Below are positions 46,401 through 55,358 of a stretch of 64,000 nt of DNA, piece after piece. Positions within the stretch are counted from its first letter, which is position 1, and each line of letters begins with the position of its first letter. The notes under the pieces are model-generated. The model saw nothing but the letters and a program-made list of their open reading frames with translations, ran no database searches and was not told the origin of the DNA. The stretch comes from a virus: positions 1 to 64,000 of the IMG/VR virus record IMGVR_UViG_3300008963_000001. One strand, given 5' to 3'. A program made the translations under genes and the position numbers.

Positions 46401-49400
46401 TGTAGGAAGAATATGCCGTCGTTTATGTTTTCTACGCCGATTTCGAAAGATTGAAAGGATCTTTCTACGTTGATAAATTTTGGGTCAATAGTTCGTCCGT
46501 CACTCTTTAATAGATTATAAGGATAAAATCCATCCAGTAGGTTTTCCGCTACACCTACGGGCTTTCTTACTTTGAGTTTTTGCGCTCCTGGCGACACAGT
46601 AAGCAAACTTCCTATTTCCCAATTGTTTTTTGTCCAGAATAAAAATTCTTTTGCTGACGTTGTCCAGTCTTGCGGAGTTTGATTTTCAAAGTCATATTCA
46701 TCAAAAACAAAACCTTGATCGGAGAGATATTCTCCGTACCCCAGTAAGAAATCTACCACGTCCTGTATTGTAGTAAGAGTTGTTCCGTAGGTGAGTCGAG
46801 ATACAGATCTCTTGTTAAACCTTCTGCGTTTAAATGCCTGTGTGCCACCTGTTACAGGAAGTTTAGGCAACTGCGCATACAAGGATGAATCAAATGTCTC
46901 TCCAGATGTGTGTGTTTGGGTAGCACGGTAATAAGTTCCGTTTCTTTCTACGATCGTACCATTGTTATATCTTTGATTTGCAGCCCACGTTACGAACTCT
47001 TCGGATATTCCGCCAACTGTTATGACAGGATCTTGTTGGTTTGACAGAGCATCGTAGTATTCGAAAAATGGATTTATATTGTTATAACCTCTAACACTCC
47101 AACCGTTGTCCTGTTTCTCAAAAATCACACCACTATAAATCAGTGTTTCTACAGGACTGCTCACATTGAAAATGATATCGTAGTTTTCTGGCGGAATAAA
47201 AATACTTTCGTTGGTTGACGAAGGTGACTTCGAGTCTAGCAAAAATTTCTGCTGAGCCTTGTCTACAAACCCGCTCATTCTTACACTGAGATTGGTGTCA
47301 ATATTTTGTATTTTATTTTCTAGAGATTCTCTACCTACACCTAAATCACTTAGATAGTCTTTGACATAATTGATAAGTCCAGCAGTTTGAATTCCGTCGA
47401 TGCTGGGAATTTCAATGTCACTGGGTTTAAAAAATGTTTTGGTATTTGTGTCAACCAATTGTCCTAAGAGATTGCGCTCTGTGGTTTGGCGATCTAAATT
47501 AGTGGTAATAAATTTGAATGGCTTTAACAGGCACATTGCAATCACATAGGCAAATGGCAATTCGGAACTTCTTCTCCAAGCGGCTTCTGCCGGTGCAACA
47601 TCGCCTACCAAGAATGATCCTCGATTGTTGACCAATGCAAAGTTTTTAGCAAACCCGCTGTCTAACGGACTTAATAAATTGCCAGCATCGTCTACGGGTA
47701 TGTGTCCTAGTATTGTCGAACGAGCATATCTAGAATCGAAACCTTGCCTTTCACCTTGTCTGATGTACCCGCGACTGATGTCTTCCCATAAGATGAGGTT
47801 GCCACTAGTGTAAGGTGCAGGGCCGTATTCTTCTTCCCACCACTCAGGCATTTCGGAAAAGCCTAGCATTTCCCAAGGATGCACGTGCGGCTCGTCTGTG
47901 TCATAGATGTATAGATACACACCTCTCCACCAGCCTGGAAGATTTTCAGTGTTAGTATAATCTGTTAGGTTAGAATAGGTGTAGGTAAAACTGTTTTCCG
48001 AATCCAAATAGACGTTGTTAGAGTAATCTATGTTAGAATCAGTTACCCATCTTAGAAATTCTGCAGCAAGTATGCTGTCTAGGTCTTCTTTAGAAAAGTC
48101 TCCCTTGTAATAATAACCGCCAACTACTTGATCTATATCAAAGAAATCTTTATCATAATTTACTTTGATGTTATTGTAAATTCTTTTTTCAAGTTCTAAT
48201 ATTAAATCGTCTCGAAAGTCTCCATAAGTAGTAGTTAGGCTTCCGTCGTGTCCTTGAATGACTTCTCTAGGTTGTGTGAAAGTTGTATCAACATATTTTT
48301 TTGGTTTGAATCGTTTATACGAGCCTAGAGCAGTTGGCGTTGGCGGAATATAATTAGCAGAAGTATTAACATATTCTCTTATCTGTATTCTGTCGCCTTC
48401 GCTTAGGGGTGTAAGAATTGTAATAAAACCAAAATCTGTGTCAAACACATAATCTTGCCCGTGCAACAACTGTTGATCGTTTATGTAGGCATATACTGCA
48501 CGCCTTGATAGAGAATCTAAATCAAAATTTTCGTCTAATGTAAAAGTGGTTATACCCGGATCGTCCACTGTTATGTCTATTGTTGTGTACGCCCCGCTTC
48601 CTATCATGTCGCTGTCAGAGAACGGAGACGCCGGGCTCATTGTTTTTCCAAGATCAGTAATAATTTCGTCTAAGAAGTCTGGAATACTATCATTAAAATC
48701 TATTTCGACGGCCTTTTTAACAAATCTATTTTTAAAATTTGTATAGGATCTTTCAGCAAATTGTATAGCCCGTACTAAATTAGATTGTTTATCACACAGC
48801 ATCAATACACTCAAAGGAGCAATACCGCTGTGCTTTACAAAACGTGTTGCATTTTGTATGTAATTGTTTAGATCACGAACATTGGTGTTACCAGGCAACT
48901 GTCCTGTTAGGCGCGCATCAAATTCAAAAGCGGATTTTAGATGATCTGTTGCTTGTCCTAGTGTAAGGGTTGTAAGAGCCGCATTAAACGGGTTATTTTG
49001 AAGTCCAATGGGTAATTCATAATAGCCTAAGTCAGGGTCTACGTCTCCTATGACCTTAACTGTTACAATGTCATCAGAGTCAAATTGTCTTTCAAATATG
49101 AACGAGTTCTGCTGTCGTTCGTAATTGCTTGATATTTGTTTTCCGTTAACATAAAATCTTATTTCGTGGTCGGGATCGTTTGACAAATTGTCCCAATCAA
49201 CAGTTTGGAAAGTAACTGTGTTTGTCTGTTGTTCTATGTTTGCAAAGTCTACGATTGGTTGTAGATATTTTGAATCTGTTTGGCGCCAGCCGTTGCCTAA
49301 ATTGCCGTCCAAAAGATAGAATGTGGTGTTTATTGGAATTTCAAATGTTTCTATGTTTTCGCCGTATGTAACTGTGCCTCTATCTAAATGCCATTCGAAC

Positions 49401-51367
49401 TGTATATCACCTACATTGTCAATGTTTAGATAGCTGATTGAAAATCCTAACTCACTATCCACAGGCCCGTTTCCTTGAGCATAAGAAAAGATCGAGTTTC
49501 CTCTAAACGTAGACACAGGATAGACATTTGTGTTGCCCAGAATGTTACCTGCGTCATCGAAAAGATCAAACAGGGGTGCTTGGTTTACAGAATCTTTGCG
49601 TTGCGCACGCTGCCAATTCGCTCCATCAAAAAAGAACATAGAGTTACTGTATTGATCGCCTCGTCTAACAAGAACACAGTCGTCCTGTTGAGAGGTTGCG
49701 TCGACGTCTTCGGCCAAATGAATCTGCCTATTGCCATTAAAAGTAATAAACTCTACTCGATAAATTTTGTTGTTGGTTAGCGGATCGGTATCATTTACAA
49801 CAAGAAGTCTTGCTCCGTTAAACAATCTTTCACCGTCTACGCTGTACCCTGCGGATCCTTCTATGGTAGAAAGCACATCTGTTGTAAAGTCGTCAACAAA
49901 GTCCACCGTTTGTTTAGCGGTTATGCCGTGCTGGAAAAGTTTAAGGTTTGGTTTAAATTCAATAATTGGACGTTTTGCACGCAGTTCTTCCGGTGCGGCA
50001 AAATCTTGACCTCGTGTTCTATATGCTTGCTCCAGCACAGATCTATGGAACCATCTGTTGTAGCGGCTCCAGGGGTTTCGATCTCTACTGTCTCTGCGAA
50101 TTAAAACATAATCTTTTTGGCCAGGGAAATTATTGGCGTCGTCAAAAGGCTGTGTGTCGAATCCTGCATTATCAAAAAATACTTCTGGGCTTGTGCCTGA
50201 AATTTCGGGCGGAATCAAATCTTCAAAGTTAGTAAGCGTGATTCCATCGCCTACGCCCTCAATTAACCACGACCCTTTGCTGTATTTTTCTGGAACTGTT
50301 TGGCCAGTGAATTCAATTACAAGGCCGTTTGTAAACTCTATACCGTTAGAGCTGGTATAATTTACTTTTCCGATTATGTCCTTTTCAACATCTAAGAAAG
50401 TATTAGTGTCAGCATCGGCTATAATAAACTGTCCAAGTCTGTTTGGATCGTTAGCACTTTGATAATACAGCAGGTCTGGGGCGTCTAGCGGTACCTCGAA
50501 CGTTATTGTTCCTTGTTCTGCTCCGTTATTTTCAATGCCTTCATTGTACTCAAAACTGTTTCCTGTTGCATTGCTGTCAATCAACTCCCAATCCTGCGAG
50601 TCTACATCTATTGTGCTGTTGTCACTAGGAGTGTTTTCTGCTAGAGATTTAAACAATTGTCCATTTACTACAGCTAAATCGCCAGGAAAATAAGTTTTTG
50701 TGGGATCAAATTGTAGCGACCCCACATCATAATTGGTCTTTATTACAAAACCCTCGTTGGGAGAATTAACTTGGAATTTATAAGTTTGTCCACGATACAG
50801 TGTAATTGTAGGATTATTTGTAAGACCATCTGGTGTAAAGATCCAAGAAGATCCCACACCCTGAATTACTCTATATGTGCTTTGTATAGATTGTGTTTGG
50901 CCCGCAACGTCGAGCGACGGTGGCCCTAGAGGAGCCCAAAAATATTCTCTATAGTTTGTAAATTTGTCCCAATCTATAGGAGGATTCCAAGAATAATGAT
51001 CCTGATCCGAAATTAGGTCATCACGTTCGTTGTTGTTGTTAAAAAATTTAAGCTGGTTTTTTAAATCTAGATAATCATAAAAATCAGTGATTTCGTTTTT
51101 ATCGTTTTTTACATTTACACCGGGTTCAAGCTGGTATCTACTGCGTAGAGTCTCATCAGAATCTAAATAGACACTGTCCCCTCTAAATGTTTTTCCGTAG
51201 CGTTGGCCAAAATACCCTACAATACGTTCTAAACTGCCTGGTTGCGTAATAGGATCTACGACACCAGAAAAGAATTTGTTGTTACTGGCTGTTTGAAAAA
51301 CTTGTGGTAACAGCTCTTGTGTCTTTCTAATAGGGATTCCGCTGTTTGGGTACTTTTTACCAGCCAT
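37487..51367 (-). CDS. Giant (4626 aa) baseplate wedge/virion protein, gp7-position
   Basis: Uninterrupted 13.9-kb ORF translationally coupled (TAATG) to gp6; contains FG-GAP-like propeller repeats, CBM5/12-like repeats and DPG..Y repeats. Confidence 0.85.
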   Translation of the reverse strand: MAGKKYPNSGIPIRKTQELLPQVFQTASNNKFFSGVVDPITQPGSLERIVGYFGQRYGKTFRGDSVYLDSDETLRSRYQLEPGVNVKNDKNEITDFYDYLDLKNQLKFFNNNNERDDLISDQDHYSWNPPIDWDKFTNYREYFWAPLGPPSLDVAGQTQSIQSTYRVIQGVGSSWIFTPDGLTNNPTITLYRGQTYKFQVNSPNEGFVIKTNYDVGSLQFDPTKTYFPGDLAVVNGQLFKSLAENTPSDNSTIDVDSQDWELIDSNATGNSFEYNEGIENNGAEQGTITFEVPLDAPDLLYYQSANDPNRLGQFIIADADTNTFLDVEKDIIGKVNYTSSNGIEFTNGLVIEFTGQTVPEKYSKGSWLIEGVGDGITLTNFEDLIPPEISGTSPEVFFDNAGFDTQPFDDANNFPGQKDYVLIRRDSRDRNPWSRYNRWFHRSVLEQAYRTRGQDFAAPEELRAKRPIIEFKPNLKLFQHGITAKQTVDFVDDFTTDVLSTIEGSAGYSVDGERLFNGARLLVVNDTDPLTNNKIYRVEFITFNGNRQIHLAEDVDATSQQDDCVLVRRGDQYSNSMFFFDGANWQRAQRKDSVNQAPLFDLFDDAGNILGNTNVYPVSTFRGNSIFSYAQGNGPVDSELGFSISYLNIDNVGDIQFEWHLDRGTVTYGENIETFEIPINTTFYLLDGNLGNGWRQTDSKYLQPIVDFANIEQQTNTVTFQTVDWDNLSNDPDHEIRFYVNGKQISSNYERQQNSFIFERQFDSDDIVTVKVIGDVDPDLGYYELPIGLQNNPFNAALTTLTLGQATDHLKSAFEFDARLTGQLPGNTNVRDLNNYIQNATRFVKHSGIAPLSVLMLCDKQSNLVRAIQFAERSYTNFKNRFVKKAVEIDFNDSIPDFLDEIITDLGKTMSPASPFSDSDMIGSGAYTTIDITVDDPGITTFTLDENFDLDSLSRRAVYAYINDQQLLHGQDYVFDTDFGFITILTPLSEGDRIQIREYVNTSANYIPPTPTALGSYKRFKPKKYVDTTFTQPREVIQGHDGSLTTTYGDFRDDLILELEKRIYNNIKVNYDKDFFDIDQVVGGYYYKGDFSKEDLDSILAAEFLRWVTDSNIDYSNNVYLDSENSFTYTYSNLTDYTNTENLPGWWRGVYLYIYDTDEPHVHPWEMLGFSEMPEWWEEEYGPAPYTSGNLILWEDISRGYIRQGERQGFDSRYARSTILGHIPVDDAGNLLSPLDSGFAKNFALVNNRGSFLVGDVAPAEAAWRRSSELPFAYVIAMCLLKPFKFITTNLDRQTTERNLLGQLVDTNTKTFFKPSDIEIPSIDGIQTAGLINYVKDYLSDLGVGRESLENKIQNIDTNLSVRMSGFVDKAQQKFLLDSKSPSSTNESIFIPPENYDIIFNVSSPVETLIYSGVIFEKQDNGWSVRGYNNINPFFEYYDALSNQQDPVITVGGISEEFVTWAANQRYNNGTIVERNGTYYRATQTHTSGETFDSSLYAQLPKLPVTGGTQAFKRRRFNKRSVSRLTYGTTLTTIQDVVDFLLGYGEYLSDQGFVFDEYDFENQTPQDWTTSAKEFLFWTKNNWEIGSLLTVSPGAQKLKVRKPVGVAENLLDGFYPYNLLKSDGRTIDPKFINVERSFQSFEIGVENINDGIFFLQLNYVLKEHVTVFTDRTVFNDVIYDKSTGYRQGRIKSQGFRTVDWDGDYTSPGFLFDNVNIRDWQPFVDYNLGDIVRYKSYNWVSLRNQTGKEFFDDSNWSKLDSQPEKQLVPNFDYRINSFEDYFEVTSSGISENQKLLARHNIGYQPRQYLQNIAEDPVTQFRLYQGFIQEKGTRNALDKVFDKLSDNADEDSLELNEEWAIRSGFLGGIDQTQEYEIELRKDKFESDPQLVLIDGNTDNAADFYYRINADNFTIGNDKFVTDVIPVTAATHASRTAGYVRTDQTEFVVRTRQDLPALNIEDIVDGDHIWITFDGRDWTVLRFLLTPELSVTGIVADTNTITVEFNRYHNFQPDEYVGFKNITNFNGIYQIQSIGPKTVTILKAPDADDPEPDDSTQASVYRLEEARFVDYESMPEDAVAHLREGSKLFVDSDQNNKWSVLEKQKLYQSKNVSEDAISQPGRLGSVVKYIANKKQILASDPATASIPVYLDNRKSLDLKQIVQPVPGLSSFVERSFGESIAVSPDEKWLAVGSPKAGDVPSNYKGAFDPRGNYSSRDIVLHDGLLWTPKEEIEGDGSTIDVYNDRWQFAKNIPATFTGRRSSLASQGMIDIYEYKNDQWEHEFSFVSPRPTDLELFGSQISISKNNDEYTMFVSAPGANNSTGAVYVYKYVGNDWIHATDYSFAGAYDPGTVLPINQIKTGQDLLIETLGDTDWNEINGSTGIFYSVGDRIIAKIDGDQAGFISNGTVRTNPFYPVGSIVWFDGNLYQAQQNVFPASEANIKYPVESNAWTIASAGHLGPMLQLDTTQTFFDSTLNFGATDTEVLPLISEGEQFGHRIKSNTDGSVLAVSAPFADDQYFENYKGVWRSDYEYKENDVVKYQGSYHQLVNDLETSDSSIFSYGQEPVGLPWKNIGDSTATPTGKVFVFKKNDLGKYVLDQTISTSTILADDSQFIEISSGDEFGFDLDVDAAGSLLVVSSPKADINLQNQGSVYIFRNTGNTFSLAQDISSFERYPNEFFGSSISISSDTSKIAVGAKNSPYAPPVRFDNNSTVFDERTTEFFEEPGYAGSVYLFELKGSKYFLAEKIQEDLQANEGFGSSVDAEGNNIVVGSPHYRLEDGGRGKFRTFNKLVNAESLRTIAQQQAKTNIDLVKSTELYDNINSVKIQDLDVVDSAKGKILNIAESQIDFKTSYDPAVYSFSLELDAVVDPQTAWADRNVGKIWWDVSTAKWLDYEQGELSYRLGNWNRQVTGSRIDIYEWVESRLLPSQWSLLADTTEGLNLGVSGQPLYPEDNVYSVKTLFDPDTQQPTQTLYYYWVRNKTIVGDELTKNLSAASIRDLIENPQSVGSAFIGLSGPNSFILYNFDNVVNESTSLVNFEFYTSLQKQNPVHSEWQLLSEGVATSVPNKKLENKWIDSLVGYNSAGLKVPAENLPTKQKYGILYRPRQSMFVDRFKALEIVTDRVNTVLRQEPFADTISFENLNLVDTTPSPLLNLYDTEVDVFEDLQSIGTSRLKQAVLKPNLADGELETVEILDPGFGYKIAPIVEIEGNGENAEVEVTIDNQGRVNGVTVTRRGRNYTEITLKARRFAVLVKSDSNANGFWGIYSWDDQRQVFFRSLSQAFDTARYWSFADFWKEGYSAERSIVKEIQSVAQEPTVEVEIGDLLRIQEYGSGGWAVFEKVSDSESDFLNKYTLVGRERGTIQFDRSIFDTSLAGIGYDSASAYDGGFYDNNNSQEIRNILKAVKNDIFIGTYAQEYNKLFFATMRYVLVEQAYVDWLFKTSFLKATHRVGNLKQKINYENDSLESYEDYVNEVKPYRSSIREFVSKYKNTDESRTSTTDFDLPAYYNSTQGRVVPTQSTDPIVQEYPWRWWLDNNGFGVVNIEVTDPGSNYVAQPRVLIEGDGTGAEAIAYIANGRVRGVKILNQGQGYTKAPQIKLVGGTSTGDTVARAVAIIGDSKVRSMDLTIKFDRLSALGNYQKFTNSETFVGTGSSAVYSLKYPPSNSNENISVSINNQLALDSDYSITLFKQNVNGYNALKGQITFVEPPAVGDSIEITYTINQEIFDAVDRIDSFYSPGTGMKGKDLDQLMTGVDYGGVKIQGTTFDVTGGWDALPWFTDSWDSVESESDFYVVVDGSTNSIDLPFIPAQGQEINVYLQRQQNIPEPTIDNLQYSSEFNMPTTVRIDDPNFASDGDSSLVTNKNAVMPTFVGDGTSRTVEIGSYVSLNDGDTLIFRPADSDGSVTINDINVLDTRLSGGTLSSIDNAYITANGSTPEEISIDGDGYNTPENTPATEENVPGQVLDSLSITVYQNSISGTTPALTRKIVGDGSTRFFDIGQTILETKSVIVYVDKQQKTFETDYDLNLNSYTLEFFDPPATGSTIEIFSIGLGGLRIIDFKEYVGDGETSLFLTSANFDLTSSIFVTVNGIQTDVEFIDSTELTDQPDKTLVQFGNAPEFNDSIKIVALGAYSNLTSSESDIVTINQESSQHDGSTRSFEITDYANLQEGAENSSVLVEVNNRVLRGVDTVVKIYDGTNNEIVIGTDPEESAGSILNANLTVFKNNEQLEFITDYVFNGTTKTVIINEEALVEGDVIKIENDFRTDFRINENNLIISESVDLQHSDTIQITWFRQYPSQEFISDEYSGGQVKFELNFEPVSASFLYVYLNGERLTLDSEYYLSPDKRSVYLNSQTTESDIIKIFAFGNDVFSLPSAYEIHKDMLNVDRFFRYSKNDIVLQQDLNYYDTEIVVSNAELLYEPDTEKNRPGMIEIDGEKIEYFNKTGNTLSQLRRGALGSPIGESYSAGSKIVSQGISDIIPYSESQERIDFVSDGSSNLIGPLPFIPQKTDIKNWFRNTIPNNYYQCNDVEVFVGGRRLVKTPRQMFNAELGAYSPESDETVEADFSVSGEDTFIRLTAVPEAGTRITVIKKTGSSWYDRGESTATTGESLIDNNSVIAKFIQEKNTELPE

Positions 51368-54300
51368 TAGTAAGTGCTTCCTCCGGTAGTGCTAGATCCA
51401 GTCATTGTACTATTCAAATCAGTAATAGAAGAAGTTACAGTAGTTGATATTTGACTAGAACTCTGTGCTGTTGTATCGCCTTCGTTGCCCAGCACAGTGT
51501 TGTTAATGCTGGTAACTATTTCTACTGTGTCGACTGTTGCGCCACTTATAAAGATTTCGTTTGGTGCGCTTTGTATTTCAAACAAGCTTCCAAATGCTTC
51601 ACCTGCTTGCTTGCTTACAATTGTAAAGTTACTTATAAAAGGCGCTAGCTGATTAAAAATATATGTATTCATTTCACTTACATAAAATCTATCGCCAAAG
51701 TCCCAATTGTTAATATCAAAAAACGCGTTTACAGCATTAATAATTCTAACTTTTAGATCATTGTCGCTTATTCTCTGCTCTGGATTCTTTACAACAAGGA
51801 ATCGAGCTTGAAGTTCTGGCTCAGCGTCTTTGCCAAAAAGCACTTTATATGCAACAGGATGATAAACAATTTCGTCAGAAATGCTCTTGATATTGTTAAG
51901 CTGTTGTCCAAACTGTATTCTTAATTCGTCTGTGGTAGGCAATTCGGGCTTTGTTGCAGTACCGTTGATATAGTTTCTAAATTGAGTGTCGTAAGAACGT
52001 GTTAAAATAAACAGGTCTATGATATTGCTGACGCTGGGGTCAATTCTTCTTTCTTCGCTTGCATTGTGAATGTATTCAAATCTTATGCCATCTCGGCCGT
52101 AGACTGCTTTAAATTCAGGCCTAAGAATCAGCGTGTTTGTATTTCTATCAACCTGTTTGACTCTATTTTGATTTACGTCATAAAAATAAATCAGCTGTCC
52201 GTTTTCTTCAGAGTTGATATCGACATCCTCTTCTGACTCTAAAATTTTAAATAGTGTAGGATCTTGATATTCAAAGCTAGTAGATCCGTACTCGTCAATT
52301 TCTCTTTTAAATATTAAGAAATTCAATTCCGAGTCTGCGCCTGCAATTTGCTCAAACGAATCTGGGTTGTCGATAACACCGTCTTGATCTTTGTCGCTAA
52401 ATGCAAGCTTGATTTCTTTGGTGCTTTCGTAACCGTCTGCAAATTTAATTGTGTCGCTTATTTCAAAATCTATATCGTTCACAAGCGGGGTTGTAAAATC
52501 ACTACCGGTATTAATACCTAGAACACTAACGGTATCTTTAACAACTTCGCCGGTGCGTGAATTATAGGATCTATCTGTGCTGTCAAAATAGAATCGATTT
52601 TGATTTAAGCTTCCGAATACATAGTCTAATTTTCTAATTCTTACTTCATACCTGTCAGCTTTCTGTACAAATGCTACAAACCAGCTAGAGTCTAAAGAAT
52701 TGTTACTTGTGTCTCCGGCAGACCCCAAATTAAAATCATCTATCAAATTTAAATTTGATTCCTCTACGAGATTCCAAGTGGCCGTGTTGTTGTCGTACCG
52801 AATACCAAAATCAAAACCCTGTAGTATTTGATTTATCATTTCATTTTCAAAACCTAATGGAAGGTTCTGAACAAATTTTGGTATAATTCGCTCCGCAATT
52901 GCGCCTGTAGGGATGCTGTCGCTGAACCTAATCGGTCCTAACCCACTTTCAAGTGTTCCGCGGCCAGCTACGGTACCGTCTCCAGATACACTTACTACCT
53001 TGGTCCATAGAGAATCACTAGACCCTTCGTGATCCGCTGGTCCGGGCATTAGTGTTCCTGCAGGATAGTCTAAATGATCCGCAACTGTTTTTGTCATAAA
53101 ATGAAAACCTGCAGGCGCTTTAAACTTGATCAAAGCATTCGGAGTTACGTATTTTAAAGCACTTGTAGAAAAAGTTCCTACTTGTAATAGCCTAGAATCT
53201 ATCCCGCTTTCAAAATACCCAGTGCTAGACCCGTCATCGTTTGTAATCTGTTGCCAGAGCGAATTGTCGTCTGCAAATAGTATTTTTGGATAATTTGTAA
53301 AATAAAAATTATAAGTGCCGACGTCTTCGAGCTCTGGTTCGATTTCTTGTCTGATAAAATTGATAACTTCATTTCGATTTGTAAAAGTAAGTGTTTTGCT
53401 TATTTCTTTGTTTTCTTTATAGATATATCCGTCAGAAGCAAACAATCTTACATCGCTGTATTTGCCTGTTGCATCTACAATATCAAAGTTTCTGCTGATG
53501 CCGCTCGAAGTTCTATTAACACTTCTTACTTTTAATATATTTTGGCTCGATGTTAAGGGAGCAAGGTTATAATCTTCTCCAGTAATCATTCTGTTTTGAG
53601 TATAATAACTCGCCGGAGCTCGGGTTCGAATACTGTCAATACTTTCAGATGCAGAAGCATTGTTGATACTAGATTGCAAGGCAAGACCTACTGTAAGTGT
53701 GTGCCTTACTCCGTTAGAATTAAAATAATCAAAAGAAATATTAATTCCTTTCATTTCATTAGGAGCAATTGTATATTCTATACCGTTGCTCACTCTATAA
53801 AAGATTCTAAACGGACCTCTTGGGAGATTTCCATACACGCCATCTGCAAACTGTAGTCTTATTCTGTCGTTTTCTCTAGTTTCGACCGCGTAAATATTTC
53901 TAACGTTGTTTTCGATACTGTTAAATGCAATATTATTCCCGCTGAGATTATTAACCTGCGTCCATTCTTGCGTTTGCACAGCGTTGGCATCTAAGGAATA
54001 TAACCAAACGTCGTTGTCGTTGATATTTTGAGCATCTACATCAACAGTTTCGTTAGTTGTGGGCGTGTCGATAGTAAAATCCGCTGTTTCTAAACTTCCT
54101 TGTTTAAAAAGAAGATAAAAACCAGTATTAGCACTGCCAGGACCTCTGCCGTCTTGTCTGTATACAAAGCCCAATTGATTGCCGGGCACAGGCGCTTCTT
54201 CATATAAAAATTCTCTGTTTTGAAAGCTAGTGCTTAAGATTTCAAAACTCATGTTCCTGCCGGCTACTGTCTTGTCAAAGCTGAATACAGGCACATCAGT

Positions 54301-54879
54301 TGATGCTGATCTAAATCTATACTGTTCTGTAGGTATTCCTTGTATAGTTGCATTCCCTTGACTTCGACCAAACTGAGTGTTGTCTGCCATTGCAGAATTT
54401 AGGATAGTTAAAAACTGTTCTGACCAGTTTTCGTTGGTGGGGTCGTTCCAAGATATAACCTGTTGTGCTAGGTTTCTGCCGTTGCTGTCGAACACTGCTT
54501 CTGTTGTGCTCACAGTAGTAAATTTAAGCAGTCCTTCCGACGGTGTGTTGCGAGATGCTTTGTAACTAAGCATTTTGGCAATGCGTAGCACACTCTCTTT
54601 GCGTTCTGCCAGTTCGATAAAATTTTCTCGGCTGGCTAGATCTATTCTAAAAGACAGGCTTTGGCCTAGAAACGCAATTGCATCGATCAGTGCAAGATAT
54701 TCTGAGCTCTCTATATAATCGTTAAAATCTTCGGGATAATTTTCTCTGAGATAGGTTATAATAACTCGACGTAGATTTTCAAAATCATAGGATTTGAAAT
54801 CTGCATTTTTAAAAGTTTGATAGATTCTAGTCCAATCTTCATTGAGAATAAGATTGTTTTGTCTTTCAGTAGTGCTCAT
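51367..54879 (-). CDS. gp6: Baseplate wedge subunit, T4 gp6-like
   Basis: 1170 aa; SYDFENLR...YLRENYPEDFNDY.ESSE...LIDAIA...ENFIELAER.ESV...A.ML.Y; QNRMITGEDY. Confidence 0.9.
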   Translation of the reverse strand: MSTTERQNNLILNEDWTRIYQTFKNADFKSYDFENLRRVIITYLRENYPEDFNDYIESSEYLALIDAIAFLGQSLSFRIDLASRENFIELAERKESVLRIAKMLSYKASRNTPSEGLLKFTTVSTTEAVFDSNGRNLAQQVISWNDPTNENWSEQFLTILNSAMADNTQFGRSQGNATIQGIPTEQYRFRSASTDVPVFSFDKTVAGRNMSFEILSTSFQNREFLYEEAPVPGNQLGFVYRQDGRGPGSANTGFYLLFKQGSLETADFTIDTPTTNETVDVDAQNINDNDVWLYSLDANAVQTQEWTQVNNLSGNNIAFNSIENNVRNIYAVETRENDRIRLQFADGVYGNLPRGPFRIFYRVSNGIEYTIAPNEMKGINISFDYFNSNGVRHTLTVGLALQSSINNASASESIDSIRTRAPASYYTQNRMITGEDYNLAPLTSSQNILKVRSVNRTSSGISRNFDIVDATGKYSDVRLFASDGYIYKENKEISKTLTFTNRNEVINFIRQEIEPELEDVGTYNFYFTNYPKILFADDNSLWQQITNDDGSSTGYFESGIDSRLLQVGTFSTSALKYVTPNALIKFKAPAGFHFMTKTVADHLDYPAGTLMPGPADHEGSSDSLWTKVVSVSGDGTVAGRGTLESGLGPIRFSDSIPTGAIAERIIPKFVQNLPLGFENEMINQILQGFDFGIRYDNNTATWNLVEESNLNLIDDFNLGSAGDTSNNSLDSSWFVAFVQKADRYEVRIRKLDYVFGSLNQNRFYFDSTDRSYNSRTGEVVKDTVSVLGINTGSDFTTPLVNDIDFEISDTIKFADGYESTKEIKLAFSDKDQDGVIDNPDSFEQIAGADSELNFLIFKREIDEYGSTSFEYQDPTLFKILESEEDVDINSEENGQLIYFYDVNQNRVKQVDRNTNTLILRPEFKAVYGRDGIRFEYIHNASEERRIDPSVSNIIDLFILTRSYDTQFRNYINGTATKPELPTTDELRIQFGQQLNNIKSISDEIVYHPVAYKVLFGKDAEPELQARFLVVKNPEQRISDNDLKVRIINAVNAFFDINNWDFGDRFYVSEMNTYIFNQLAPFISNFTIVSKQAGEAFGSLFEIQSAPNEIFISGATVDTVEIVTSINNTVLGNEGDTTAQSSSQISTTVTSSITDLNSTMTGSSTTGGSTY

Positions 54880-54896
54880 AATACCGTCCTATATGG

Positions 54897-54902
54897 TATT
54901 TA
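54897..54902 (-). promoter_or_regulatory. TAAATA late-promoter box
   Basis: Minus-strand TAAATA upstream of SD AGGA and the gp6 ATG. Confidence 0.55.
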
Positions 54903-54920
54903 CCTTACGTAGTTAAATGC

Positions 54921-55358
54921 TTAGTTTATGATAGAGTTATTTCTATCAAAGTTAAAGGTCATGCGCTCGTTTACATTAAAGGGTATGTAAAGTAATTCCG
55001 CTTCTATTCTAATGCCCTGCTGAGTGCTGTCGATCGTCAATTGTCGCACTGACACTCTTGGATCATAATTGATTATAGCTTCGACATCTTTTGAGATAGC
55101 TTCTTTGGTTTCTTCGGTAAATTGATCGAATAACAAGTCCCAAATAATTGTTCCGAACTCTGGATTTTCTAATTTTTCGCCTTTGCGAATATAAAAATGA
55201 TTGATTATGTCCTGCTTAACTAGATCTATATCGTAGAGTTTAAAACCGCGGTCTTTGCTCTTGCTGCTAAATCCTTTGTAGGTCTGAGTAAAGGGACTCT
55301 CGTCGCCTACACTTACTGAATTTTGTCCTACTTTTTTGGTATTAAAAAGTGTTGCCAT
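54921..55358 (-). CDS. gp25: Baseplate wedge subunit gp25-like
   Basis: 145 aa; LVKQDIINHFYIRKGEKLENPEFGT..LLF...YDPRV. Confidence 0.9.
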   Translation of the reverse strand: MATLFNTKKVGQNSVSVGDESPFTQTYKGFSSKSKDRGFKLYDIDLVKQDIINHFYIRKGEKLENPEFGTIIWDLLFDQFTEETKEAISKDVEAIINYDPRVSVRQLTIDSTQQGIRIEAELLYIPFNVNERMTFNFDRNNSIIN

